From a virus (taxonomy: Duplodnaviria; Caudoviricetes): 39,670 nt of DNA. Under the pieces are notes generated by a model. The model made no database searches. It saw only the letters and a list, made by a program, of their open reading frames with translations, and was not told the origin of the DNA. A program made the position numbers and the translations under genes. Shown here piece by piece: positions 16,612-26,700 of this stretch (the stretch's first letter is position 1; each line of letters begins with the position of its first letter). Location of the stretch: the IMG/VR virus record IMGVR_UViG_3300006867_000026, positions 1 to 39,670 of that record. One strand, given 5' to 3'.

Positions 16612-17438
16612 TGGCTAGAAATTACGTAAACTTAGAGCAGGTAGTTAACGACTTCATTATCACCCTAGATGGTGATGACTTTGTGGCCAATGCTACAGAT
16701 ACGCTGATCCGTACGTTTGCACTTCGTGGCATTCGTGAAATGGGTTTTGATTTATCTCAAAAGCTGCGTTCGTTAAAAATGAAAGTAAACACCGATAATA
16801 ATACGGTAGAGCTACCAGACGATTACGTAGACTTGGTTAAGATTGGTGTGATTGGAGCAGATGGGCTGGTGTATGTTTTTGGTGAAAACCGAAATATGCA
16901 TATTGCTCAAAAGTATAAGGTTACCTCCGGCAGCGACTTGCTTGCAGCCAATGCTATAGATTCTGACTCTGACGGGGTTTTTGACAGAGTAGATGTAACA
17001 GAGAGCGGTCAAGAATATAACGCTCTTAGAGGATACGATTCTTATGTGTTCAGAAATTACTTGTACGAAAACAGTGCGGGTCAGTTGTATGGACTTGGCG
17101 GGGGACAGTATAGCGGTGAGTACCGTATCAATCTAGATCAGAGTCGTATTGAGCTTAGTATCAATGACCACGTAAACACAGTGGTTATGGAGTATGTATG
17201 TGATGAAGCTAGAAGCAGTAACCCTACCGTGCATGTTTTTATGGAAGAAGCGTTGCGTGCGTATATTTACTACAAGCTTATTCAGCACAAGGCAAGCGTG
17301 CCTATGAACGAGAAAATGCGTGCACGCACGGAATACTATAACGAACGCAGGCTAGCTAATTCTAGACTAAAAAGGTTTAACAAAGAAGAAGCACTCAAGG
17401 TTATTCGCAAGAATTCTAAGCAGTCTCCTAAATTATGA
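16611..17438 (+). CDS. Putative second tail ring/tubular protein
   Basis: VELPDDYVDLVKIG motif and C-terminal EEALRAYIYYK helix. Coupled to both neighbours. Confidence 0.6.
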   Translation: MARNYVNLEQVVNDFIITLDGDDFVANATDTLIRTFALRGIREMGFDLSQKLRSLKMKVNTDNNTVELPDDYVDLVKIGVIGADGLVYVFGENRNMHIAQKYKVTSGSDLLAANAIDSDSDGVFDRVDVTESGQEYNALRGYDSYVFRNYLYENSAGQLYGLGGGQYSGEYRINLDQSRIELSINDHVNTVVMEYVCDEARSSNPTVHVFMEEALRAYIYYKLIQHKASVPMNEKMRARTEYYNERRLANSRLKRFNKEEALKVIRKNSKQSPKL

Positions 17439-20400
17439 TAATCAAGAACGTACCACAATACCTCAACAAAGCTTCGGACGAGAAACTTCTCAAGCCGATA
17501 GAGATGTTGGATGCAGAGAACGTGCAGGTTTCATCTGACGATGACGGCAATGCTGGTATCGTTAAGACTATAAAGGGGAATGCTCATGTTGAGCAGAACT
17601 CTTCTGACGAAGTGTACTTTACTCCGGCAAGCCTTAAGGTTATCGGATCTGTCGCTATACCCAAGAAGCAGCAGGTAGTTTATTTTGCAAAAGCAGAGGC
17701 TAATCTTACAAACATAGACCACATTTATGTTTACGATGTAGACTTGAATAAGTATAAAATACTATACCGTGGTAACCAGCTAGGTTTTAACATTGACTCT
17801 TTTGTTGAGTCTAGTGTTGTGTTTAATGGTGACGACGAGGCGATCGTGTATTTTACAGACGGGGTGGGCGAACCCAAAAAGATGAATGTTGATCGTCTTC
17901 TAGCTAATCGTTCTGACATATGGAAGGATGCTGATGGTATTAACTACTACACTGACACAGATAGAGATGAGTTCTTTGCTGTCTGTAAAACCCCACCGCT
18001 AACCCCAATCACGTTTGAGTATACTACAGACACTGCTGTCCAAAGTAACAATGTCACAGACAAAACATTTCAGTTTGCATACCAATACATCTATAAAGAT
18101 GGAGAGGTAAGTGCTGTATCTACGTATTCTAAAATTGCAATTAATCCTAATACATTCGGCACTGGTGTTGTAGAGCCGGAGTTTGAGAGAGAGAATAACA
18201 AGATTGTACTGTCCTACCAGAACGGTGGATCGGAAGTTGAGTCTATTCGATTCCTTGCTCGTCTTGGTGGGACTACAGTCTTTTATAAAATCGGAGAAGT
18301 AAACAATGGTACTGGGGCTAACCCCACCTTTGACTTTACTAATGATGGGATGTTCCCGGCTGTTTCGACAGCAGAGATAGATAAGGTGTATGATAATGTA
18401 CCGCTAAAGGCAAACGCGCAGAGCATATCTGGAAATAGGCTAGTATATGGTGATTACACAGAGGGATACGACAATGTGGCAATTAACGTAGAGTCTTCTA
18501 TCACATATAAAGACGTAGAGAATACCGGAACCATTAATGCTACACTACAATCCATCTCACTAGGAAACGGACCTGCTATCATTATTGACGGTACAAACAT
18601 GGCAGCTAGTTACGGTCAAGGTGCTATCATTAGATTGAAGGTTACATTATCCGGTTCTAGCGGCTCATTTAGAATCAGTAGAGACTCCCCGTCATATTTA
18701 TTTAGCGAGGATTATGTTGTCGGTTCGGACAACGGAAACTACGGATTAGGTCAGTACACTGGTAATCCATCAACCAATAACTATGTAGACATTCCTTATA
18801 ATACAGACAAGGTTCTCAGTGCTACTATCATAGCAGGTTCTGTTATGACGCGTGACGAGATCCTCGACGAGATAGAGACTCAGTTTGCGGCAACATCAAA
18901 CGCTGTTTACGATTACACAAACAACGGTGTTAATTACAATGCCACTGGTGTTGTAACCTCTGTTGGTTCTGGTACACAGTCTTATTCTGTAGGAGATCCA
19001 GTAGAGGTTGGATTAGACTTCCCGGAGATTGAGCTAGCCTTTACTGCTGATTCAGCATACACTGTTACAAACAAAAGAAAAATAGATATAGAGTTTGATG
19101 TACTTAAAGCAAAGGTTCATTATAACTCCGGTATATCAAAGCGCTTAGTGCAAATTGACGGTCATCCACTAAACGATACCAGAACCACAGCTGCTAGTTA
19201 CCTCGGGGTTGCTAACTTTAGATACATATCCACGACTAATGTGACTTTAGCCGTAGATGTCAAGCGTTCTCTAGAGGCAGGTCTTTCTTCGTTTAAGACA
19301 AGCGCAATGCATAATTTTGGTATTGTGTATTATGATGCTAAGGGCCGGGCTTCTTTTGTACAGAAAATTGACGGTGTTTTTGTTGGGGGCTACACCGATT
19401 CCAACCGAAGCACAAGCCTAGGCAGGGTTCAGATAAACTTAAAGATCAAACACAATCCACCTTCTTGGGCAAAGAAGTATCAGATTGTATATGGGGGCAA
19501 TGAAACTTATTCAAAGTTTCTCCAGTACGGGGTTGCCGGTGCTCACTACATTTCAGACCAAGACAGTATATACTTAGACTTGTTCCCTCTAGAAGGAAAG
19601 AATAATTCTTACTCGAAAGACAAAGGTGCAAACCTAGATTATACCTATCAAGACGGAGACATGCTTCGCATTATTTCGTTCCATGATTCCTCACAGAATC
19701 GTGTATATGTTGATGACCAGATATACAACGTCCTTGGCAAAGAGTTGGTGACCGACGCTAGCGAGGTAACTCCAAGTCGTGCGTCTACATATGTTGTGAT
19801 TAGAGATGAAGATTATTCCTCTAAAACGTACAGCAACTTTAACCTAACAAAAGTTAAGGCGGGTAGTGACGACTGGGGTCAGCGTGTTATGGTAGAGATA
19901 GTATCGCCTAACACCGTCAACAACGACACAGTATATTATGAGATAGGTGAAGTATACGATATTACTAGTGGCGCTCATGTTGGAGATATAACTGACGGCG
20001 GATATCCAGTAGTGCAGCTTACTGATGGCGATATTTACTTTAAGCCTCGCGAAGTGCTGGTTGCTCCTTTTGATTCTAGCAGTTCTGAATATGACGAAGA
20101 TGATTATTCTAACTATGAATACGAAACTTTCTACGTGGAGTCTTCTAGTGTCAGCGACTACTTCGACTCAGAGGTTACTTCTCGAGGGCGTCCTCACGCT
20201 ATCAATGAAGATGCAAAGCAGGTTCGTAGACGATCTTCTGTTACGTACTCAGATCCGTACATAGCGGACAGTGCTGTTTTAAGCCTCTCCAGCTTTAACC
20301 CAGCTACTGCTAACTTTAGCGACTTTGAGATTCGTCACGGAAAGATTGACAAGCTTGTTGACCAGACCGATAGACTTTATGTTTTCCAGGAGCACAAGGT

Positions 20401-21529
20401 AGGTATTGTAGGTGTAAACAGAAATATACTAGAGACCCTTACAGACCAGAACGTTGTGGTTTCTAATGTAGTATTTAGTACTCCAAATTATTATGCTGGA
20501 GACTTTGGCTCTAGCGGTTATCCTGCTGCTGTGGTAGAGCGGTTTGGTATGATGTATTTCGTGGATGTAAAAGCGCAGCGAGTGCTTCGCATCTCTCGTG
20601 ACGGCATCACGCCTATTAGCGACCCGAATATGGATTCGTTCTTTGATAAGAAGTTTTCTTCATATTTAACTGAAAGCGGTAAGACAGAGCTTGATATAGT
20701 TGCTGGTTATGATCCAGACAACTCAGAGTATGTGTTAACTAGTAAAGACCGTGGAAGCTACACTGGATTCACCATTGGGTACAGTCACAACAAGAGAGTG
20801 TTCACTTCTTTCTATTCTTTTAAACCAGACTTTTACACCCACATAAATGACAGATTCTTTTCTTTCAAAGTCGTTAGCGTTAGCGGTACGCAACAGTACA
20901 TGTGGGAACATGGTGCTGGCTCAACATACGGCAATTTCTATGGCACAGACTACGACGCAAAGATTTCAATCATTGCAAACGCCAATCCGTCCATGGTTAA
21001 AGCTTTCCAAGCATTATCACTAGAGGGTGATTCCGTGTGGTCTGCTGTGGTGTCTACCTCTAATCAAACCACCAGTATTGCTACTGGGGATTTTGATGAA
21101 AGAGAGCGAGGTTACTACGCTGCTATACCTAGAGATACTAGCGCCTCTACTGCTAATTACATAACGATAGGTATTGTAGACGACGTTACCGGAACAGCGG
21201 TAACCTTTGACAACAAGATTAATAGAATGCCTATACCTTTAGGTGCGGCATTGTATAAGGTTGACGGTAGCTCACTGACTAATCTTAATGCTACGGTGTC
21301 TAGTATTGATAGCTCTAAAAAGCTAACCACCAGTACTGCGCTTACTTCTTCTGAAGAGGGTAAGACTATTGTGGCTAAGCTTTCGGCTAAAGACGAAGGA
21401 GATGTCCTTAGAGATTACTACGCTAAGATTGAACTTACTAACTCTGTACATAACAAGAAGTCTGAGCTGTACGCTGTAAACACAGTGTTTGTAGATAGCC
21501 CTATGCACTCGGCGCTTAGTCAGAGATAA
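17435..21529 (+). CDS. Tail stabilisation / nozzle (muzzle-like, P22 gp10-like) protein, 1364 aa
   Basis: Beta-propeller-like composition with LDAENV, VYFTDGVGEPKKMN, FQFAYQYIYKDGEVS, GNRLVYGDYTEGYD, FGIVYYDAKGR and FTSFYSFKPD. Follows the ring proteins, as in crAss-like tail modules. Confidence 0.7.
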   Translation: MIIKNVPQYLNKASDEKLLKPIEMLDAENVQVSSDDDGNAGIVKTIKGNAHVEQNSSDEVYFTPASLKVIGSVAIPKKQQVVYFAKAEANLTNIDHIYVYDVDLNKYKILYRGNQLGFNIDSFVESSVVFNGDDEAIVYFTDGVGEPKKMNVDRLLANRSDIWKDADGINYYTDTDRDEFFAVCKTPPLTPITFEYTTDTAVQSNNVTDKTFQFAYQYIYKDGEVSAVSTYSKIAINPNTFGTGVVEPEFERENNKIVLSYQNGGSEVESIRFLARLGGTTVFYKIGEVNNGTGANPTFDFTNDGMFPAVSTAEIDKVYDNVPLKANAQSISGNRLVYGDYTEGYDNVAINVESSITYKDVENTGTINATLQSISLGNGPAIIIDGTNMAASYGQGAIIRLKVTLSGSSGSFRISRDSPSYLFSEDYVVGSDNGNYGLGQYTGNPSTNNYVDIPYNTDKVLSATIIAGSVMTRDEILDEIETQFAATSNAVYDYTNNGVNYNATGVVTSVGSGTQSYSVGDPVEVGLDFPEIELAFTADSAYTVTNKRKIDIEFDVLKAKVHYNSGISKRLVQIDGHPLNDTRTTAASYLGVANFRYISTTNVTLAVDVKRSLEAGLSSFKTSAMHNFGIVYYDAKGRASFVQKIDGVFVGGYTDSNRSTSLGRVQINLKIKHNPPSWAKKYQIVYGGNETYSKFLQYGVAGAHYISDQDSIYLDLFPLEGKNNSYSKDKGANLDYTYQDGDMLRIISFHDSSQNRVYVDDQIYNVLGKELVTDASEVTPSRASTYVVIRDEDYSSKTYSNFNLTKVKAGSDDWGQRVMVEIVSPNTVNNDTVYYEIGEVYDITSGAHVGDITDGGYPVVQLTDGDIYFKPREVLVAPFDSSSSEYDEDDYSNYEYETFYVESSSVSDYFDSEVTSRGRPHAINEDAKQVRRRSSVTYSDPYIADSAVLSLSSFNPATANFSDFEIRHGKIDKLVDQTDRLYVFQEHKVGIVGVNRNILETLTDQNVVVSNVVFSTPNYYAGDFGSSGYPAAVVERFGMMYFVDVKAQRVLRISRDGITPISDPNMDSFFDKKFSSYLTESGKTELDIVAGYDPDNSEYVLTSKDRGSYTGFTIGYSHNKRVFTSFYSFKPDFYTHINDRFFSFKVVSVSGTQQYMWEHGAGSTYGNFYGTDYDAKISIIANANPSMVKAFQALSLEGDSVWSAVVSTSNQTTSIATGDFDERERGYYAAIPRDTSASTANYITIGIVDDVTGTAVTFDNKINRMPIPLGAALYKVDGSSLTNLNATVSSIDSSKKLTTSTALTSSEEGKTIVAKLSAKDEGDVLRDYYAKIELTNSVHNKKSELYAVNTVFVDSPMHSALSQR

Positions 21530-21533
21530 TTAT

Positions 21534-21541
21534 TAAATTTG
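21534..21541 (+). promoter_or_regulatory. Bacteroidota -7 promoter box for the ejection-protein operon
   Basis: TAAATTTG in the 29-nt gap before the ATG at 21559. Confidence 0.6.
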
Positions 21542-21558
21542 TAAAATAGTATACTATT

Positions 21559-22365
21559 ATGATAGATCCAGTAACGGGAATGCTTATAGTCCAAGGGGTT
21601 ACAGCCGGAGCGCAATATCTCTCTGGACGTAAGGAGGCTAAAAAAGCAGAGGCAAGAGAAGAGGAGATTCGTTCTGCGGGTATTCCTAAAATGGAAACCC
21701 CACAAGAATACTTTGATCTCTACATGAAGGCCAAAGAAAACAAAGGGGCTCAGCTTGCTACAGCGCAGGCTCAGCAAGGTATGGCTGATACCGCTGCTGC
21801 TTTGCAGGCCGGTGGTTCGCGTGCGTTAATCGGTGGTCTATCAGCGGCTCAGCGTAGAACAGACACAACAATTGCAGGTATTGGAGCACAATCTCAGCAA
21901 CAAGAACTGTCTGCCCTTGAAGGTTTGGCTGGCGCTCAGATGCGCACCGGCATGATGAACACTCAGATGGCTGGCCAGGAATACTTTAATGATTTGCAGG
22001 GAGCTCAGATGGCTTATCAGTCTGGAAGACAGATGCAGGCTAGCGCTATTAATAACTTCGCGCAGGCAGGGACTGCGGCTATGGGTGCTTACAGTGATGC
22101 TGATTACATGAAGAAATACGGGGATAGTGGCGTACTTAAGTTCTTCGGGAAACAAGGGATGAAGACTCCGGGTGAGTTTAGTCACGATGAGAATCCTATC
22201 GATCTTGTACGCGATGGTCAGAAAATTGGAGAGGCTACCGGTGGAGAATATATATTTAATCCAGAGCAGTCTAAGAAAATGAAAGCACTTGCTGGTAAAG
22301 AGAAGTCTCCACTAGCAAAATACGTTGTAGGGTTACTTAATAAATTTGATAAGAAAGCAGGATGA
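21559..22365 (+). CDS. Putative internal virion / ejection protein
   Basis: MIDP start, Ala/Gly/Gln-rich helices typical of podophage ejection proteins, and a small C-terminal domain (FSHDENP...GEATGGEYIFNP). Confidence 0.6.
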   Translation: MIDPVTGMLIVQGVTAGAQYLSGRKEAKKAEAREEEIRSAGIPKMETPQEYFDLYMKAKENKGAQLATAQAQQGMADTAAALQAGGSRALIGGLSAAQRRTDTTIAGIGAQSQQQELSALEGLAGAQMRTGMMNTQMAGQEYFNDLQGAQMAYQSGRQMQASAINNFAQAGTAAMGAYSDADYMKKYGDSGVLKFFGKQGMKTPGEFSHDENPIDLVRDGQKIGEATGGEYIFNPEQSKKMKALAGKEKSPLAKYVVGLLNKFDKKAG

Positions 22366-23741
22366 GTTTAATTTCAAAACCACTAGACTACAGTTCTGGA
22401 GCTACTCAAGCTGCTATCCAAGGCATTAGAGGTCAGCTTCAGATGGCGGCAATGGGCGCTGAAGAAGATCGTAGAGAGCGTAAGCGCGCTGAAGCGCAAG
22501 CAGCCTCCTTTGAGAAAAGCATGTCTGCTGCTGAAGGGTCGGTAAATTTCTTACCACCAAAAGCTCAGCAAGTATTCTCCGCCTACCATGACGGTTACAA
22601 GCAAGCCTTGGATGCTTATGAAGAAAACCCATCTCAAGAAAACCTAAACAGTATCAACAGAATTGTTGGTGCTGCAAACACATACTTGAGTCAATACGAG
22701 GGATTGCATAACGCAGACAAAAGCACTTTGCTAACCGGCATGTCCCAGCCAAACAAGTTTGGTATATCAACAGAGACAATGATGGGTGAGTTCGCTATGC
22801 GGCATGGTAACGATTCTGCATATAGCGAGGTTCGTTATGACCCTACTGTTGGTGATGTAGTTGTTAGCGGTGGCGGCATGGTTGGTCTTCGTGCTTCACA
22901 AGACCCTATGTTCAATCCGGACAATGCAATGATATTCCCTTCTAAGGCATCCATACCTAGAATAACCTCTGCTGAAGATTACGGTGGTAGATATGAGTCT
23001 TTATATTACAATCGACCAAGAGGGGAATTTGATAAAACCCTTCGCAATAGAATTGCTACGCAAGAAGAACTTCAGTTCTCAGCGGCAGCGTCATTAGCTG
23101 CTATGGATTACGGTAGCGATCCTCAAGACTTGAGTATAGGTATTGAGAACATCATGTCTGACCCAGAAGAAATGAAGCGAGCTACAGATTTATATGTAGA
23201 TAATGCGTGGAGGCAAGCAAACATTGCTCATCAAAGAAGAAGAGAGCAAGAAAGCACTGGTCTAGACTACAATGGATCGGATGCAGTGACCTTTACTACA
23301 GAGGACTACGACTATACCGCAGGTCAGATGACCACAACAAAAATGTCAGCAGATATTCCTACCTTTGATAAACCAATAAAGGTGTTGATTGAGGCTGATC
23401 CGGGTAACGAAAATACCCCTACTTATCAAAGAGTTGTGCTAGGCGCAGCACAGCTCCCAGATGACGAGGGGATCGTTATAAAAGAAAATGTCGGAACTAC
23501 ATATTATCAAGATCCTAACTCTGGAGAGGTAAGTAATACCCCTCAGCCAGGCTGGGCAGAGATGACTCGTTATGAGAATAGAAGTAGAGTAATCAAACCT
23601 ATTGGTATAGATGGGCGTAAAGAATACGCCGCCTATATGAATGCACTTGAAAAACAAAATGCGTTAAACCAAGAGGCTTCTTTACGGGTGATTAGCACAG
23701 AGCAAAGTGCGCTACCCGGACCACCGATGCCTCCACAATAA
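22362..23741 (+). CDS. Putative internal virion / ejection protein (459 aa)
   Basis: Lies between the ejection-like gene and the giant protein. N-terminal coiled coil. Confidence 0.55.
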   Translation: MSLISKPLDYSSGATQAAIQGIRGQLQMAAMGAEEDRRERKRAEAQAASFEKSMSAAEGSVNFLPPKAQQVFSAYHDGYKQALDAYEENPSQENLNSINRIVGAANTYLSQYEGLHNADKSTLLTGMSQPNKFGISTETMMGEFAMRHGNDSAYSEVRYDPTVGDVVVSGGGMVGLRASQDPMFNPDNAMIFPSKASIPRITSAEDYGGRYESLYYNRPRGEFDKTLRNRIATQEELQFSAAASLAAMDYGSDPQDLSIGIENIMSDPEEMKRATDLYVDNAWRQANIAHQRRREQESTGLDYNGSDAVTFTTEDYDYTAGQMTTTKMSADIPTFDKPIKVLIEADPGNENTPTYQRVVLGAAQLPDDEGIVIKENVGTTYYQDPNSGEVSNTPQPGWAEMTRYENRSRVIKPIGIDGRKEYAAYMNALEKQNALNQEASLRVISTEQSALPGPPMPPQ

Positions 23742-23749
23742 CATACTAG

Positions 23750-26700
23750 ATGAACGACGAGTTACTGCAATTATTGCAGAGTGGGTTTGATAGTGGATAC
23801 AGCGAGGACCGCGTATTTGCTATGGCTATTAAGAATGGGTTTTCCTACAACGAAGTGACGTTGGCCCTAGAGTCTATTAGTAAAAAAAAAGACCAAACTC
23901 AACCTCCTCCCCAGGTTACAGACACTATGGTTTCTGGCTTGGAAGACTCTGGGTTGGATTTATCATACGAGACAAAGGCTGACGGAACGCAGTTTCCAGA
24001 CGACTTATTAACTCAGCGATTTACTCAAAGCTCTGCTCCAAATAATAAACCGCAGGAAACTAACGATAGAGAATACCGTCATGCACTAATCGCTGATGAT
24101 TGGTTCGCTGATAGAGATGATTGGTTCGGTCGTACCGCTAGATGGTACAATAACTTTATGGCTATGGCTCTTGCGACCGGGGCTCAAGAAGATCTCCTAG
24201 ACGAAAGCCCAGAGAACAATGTTGATGCTGCAGAGCGACTGGCTTATTACAACGAAATACAAAACAAATACAGAGACGAGCGAGGGTATCCCGGATGGGG
24301 AGATCTTGGTTCTGCTAGCGGATGGTGGAAGATGGTTTTACCGGAAGTAGCAGGTAACGTTTTTTCATCTATTGCTGGTGGTTTTGCAAGCGGTAGTGCG
24401 CAAGAAACTGTATTAAAAACTATTGCAGAGGGTCAAGCTATAGGAACTAGCGCTGGTCTTGCTGGTGGTCCTCTTGCTGAGTTTACGGTTCCAATAGGTT
24501 ACGTAGCTGGTACAGCATACGGTGCTGCTACCGGTACTTCTTTTGCTGGTTCATACGCCCTTGAAATGTCAGAGGCTATCGCCAAGGCTCTTGAAGACCT
24601 GCATATAGATACAGAAGACCCGGAAGAAATTGCACAGACCTTTGAGTCTGAGGAGGGTTTGAAAAAGATTAGAGAAGCAATGGAGCGCCGTAAGGTACGC
24701 GCTGCTACTATTGCATCTGTAGATGCTCTTCTCGCTGGAGGTGGTGGTAAAACCGCGCAGGCTATTAGAAAAGCTGGAGGTAGTAAAACAAAAGCAGTGG
24801 TCGCTGAGATATTAGTGGATGCCGCTGGAGGTGGTGCTGGTGAAACTGCAGGTCAGATCGTTGAAGAGGGTAAAGTTACCTCGGGTCTTGATATTGTTAT
24901 GGAGGCTCTTGGCGGCCCAGTAATGGCCACGCCTGCTGCTGTAACCCGTGGCGCTAGCGCTAGGTATACAGAGCTGATGACTCCTACTGCAGAGAGAAAC
25001 TATATCCAATGGGCTCAGCAGAACAAAGAAAACGGCAGTAGTATTACTACCGCGGCTTCACTTATGGGTGACGGCCAGGTTCAGATAGTAGAGAAAAAGA
25101 TACAAGAAACAAAAGAGCAGCTTAAGAATGCTAAGGGCAAAGAGGCAAAGCAAACTTTGCGTGATGACCTTAAGCAACTTAGAGAGAAGAAATACGAGAT
25201 GCTCAATGCAAACATTAGAGCATTCGAGGAACTCAATCAAGACCAACAAGTAGAGTTACTCGAGAAGAGTCAAAAGATATTTGCACTCCAGCAGGAGATG
25301 CAGGAGACAACAGACACAAAGCTTAAGTCAAGATTGGGTGCAGAGATCCTCACTATGATGACGGGCTTTAATACGTTTGAAGTAGAGGCTGTAGCCCCAG
25401 CGGTAGAAACTACTACCATGGATCAAATGCAGGCTCCGGTTATGCCAACAACAGATGCTAAGCCTATCGTCGAAGGGCGCTCTGAGGTTGACGCCTTAAC
25501 TATCAACACACTAGAAGATGGAACTGAGGTTATTGCTCAGCGTCCTATCGATGGAACAGAGGTGCAAGGCGCTCTCCGCTTGGAGGGTAACCCAGAAAAC
25601 CCTACACTGGTAGTTGAGACTGAAACAGAAAAAGTAGAACTCGGGCAGCGTAGTGAGGTAGACCCGTCTACAATCAGAATGTTTGAGCCGGCTATTGCTG
25701 AGCGTGAGACACTAGCGGTGCAGGAAGATGGATCGTTTGTTTATCAACGTGATGACAACCCTAACGTACCGCAAGGAACAAAGCTTACTATTGATGAAGA
25801 GGCTGGCGTTAGCGCTATCTCTGTATTTGGCGAAGGCCAATTCAATCCACTACAAACACCAGAGGCAATTGCTGGTGACGCAGACAGAGGTGTCCGTGTA
25901 CAAATGAAAAACGAAAGCGGTGAGGTTGTTGAGCTCTACGGCCAAGACGCATTGGATGCTGCATATCAAATACTGCTGGCAGCCAAAGAGAACCCTGCAG
26001 ATAGAGCAAAAGTTAACCAAGTAATTGAGAACAATGAAGCAGCAAGACAAGCCCTTGAACAAGCCGAACGTGAGTTCGCAGAAGAAGGATCTGTACCAGA
26101 GACTGATGGACCTACCACAGAGCAAGCGCAACCAAGTGTTGGCCCAGCTCCTCGCCCAGCCGAAAGAGTAGCCCCGGGTGCTGCTGAAGAGGCAGCGTCA
26201 GAAACGGAGAAGACTAGAGAGGCCGTTAACGAACTAGACGATTCCGTTGAGGTTCGTGGTGGCGCAGTAAATCCAAGACGCCACGGTGTAACCCCACGTA
26301 TTGCAAGCATGCTTAACAGCGCGTATAATGCATTCGTTGGTTTATATACAGAAGCTCCTCGTGTTATTATCCATAAAACAAAAGAGTCGTTGCAGCGTGC
26401 TACCGGAGGCCCGTACGAAGCTTTCTATGAACATGAAAGAGAGGGTGGCCCAGCTATACACGTTATGTATAATGCGACTACCGCTGCTATACGTGAAGAG
26501 TTTGCGCACGCAGGACTTCGTCACGTCATGGTACTCCAGCCTGCTGTTCGTACAAAATTGTTTAACGACCTGCAAGGCATTAACAATGAAACACTTCGCA
26601 ATAAAATCAATGAGCGCTTCCGTAAGTACGTAGCGTTCTATATGGAGCGTGGTGCTTCTGAGGCAAAGGCTGTTGCCATCGCTGAAGAGGAGGCTATTGT

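Noticed and set aside
25994-26014. PADRAKV as a fifth copy of the RAR[LI] linker
   Set aside because: It differs at two of the four core positions and lies within a helical region, so it was not counted.
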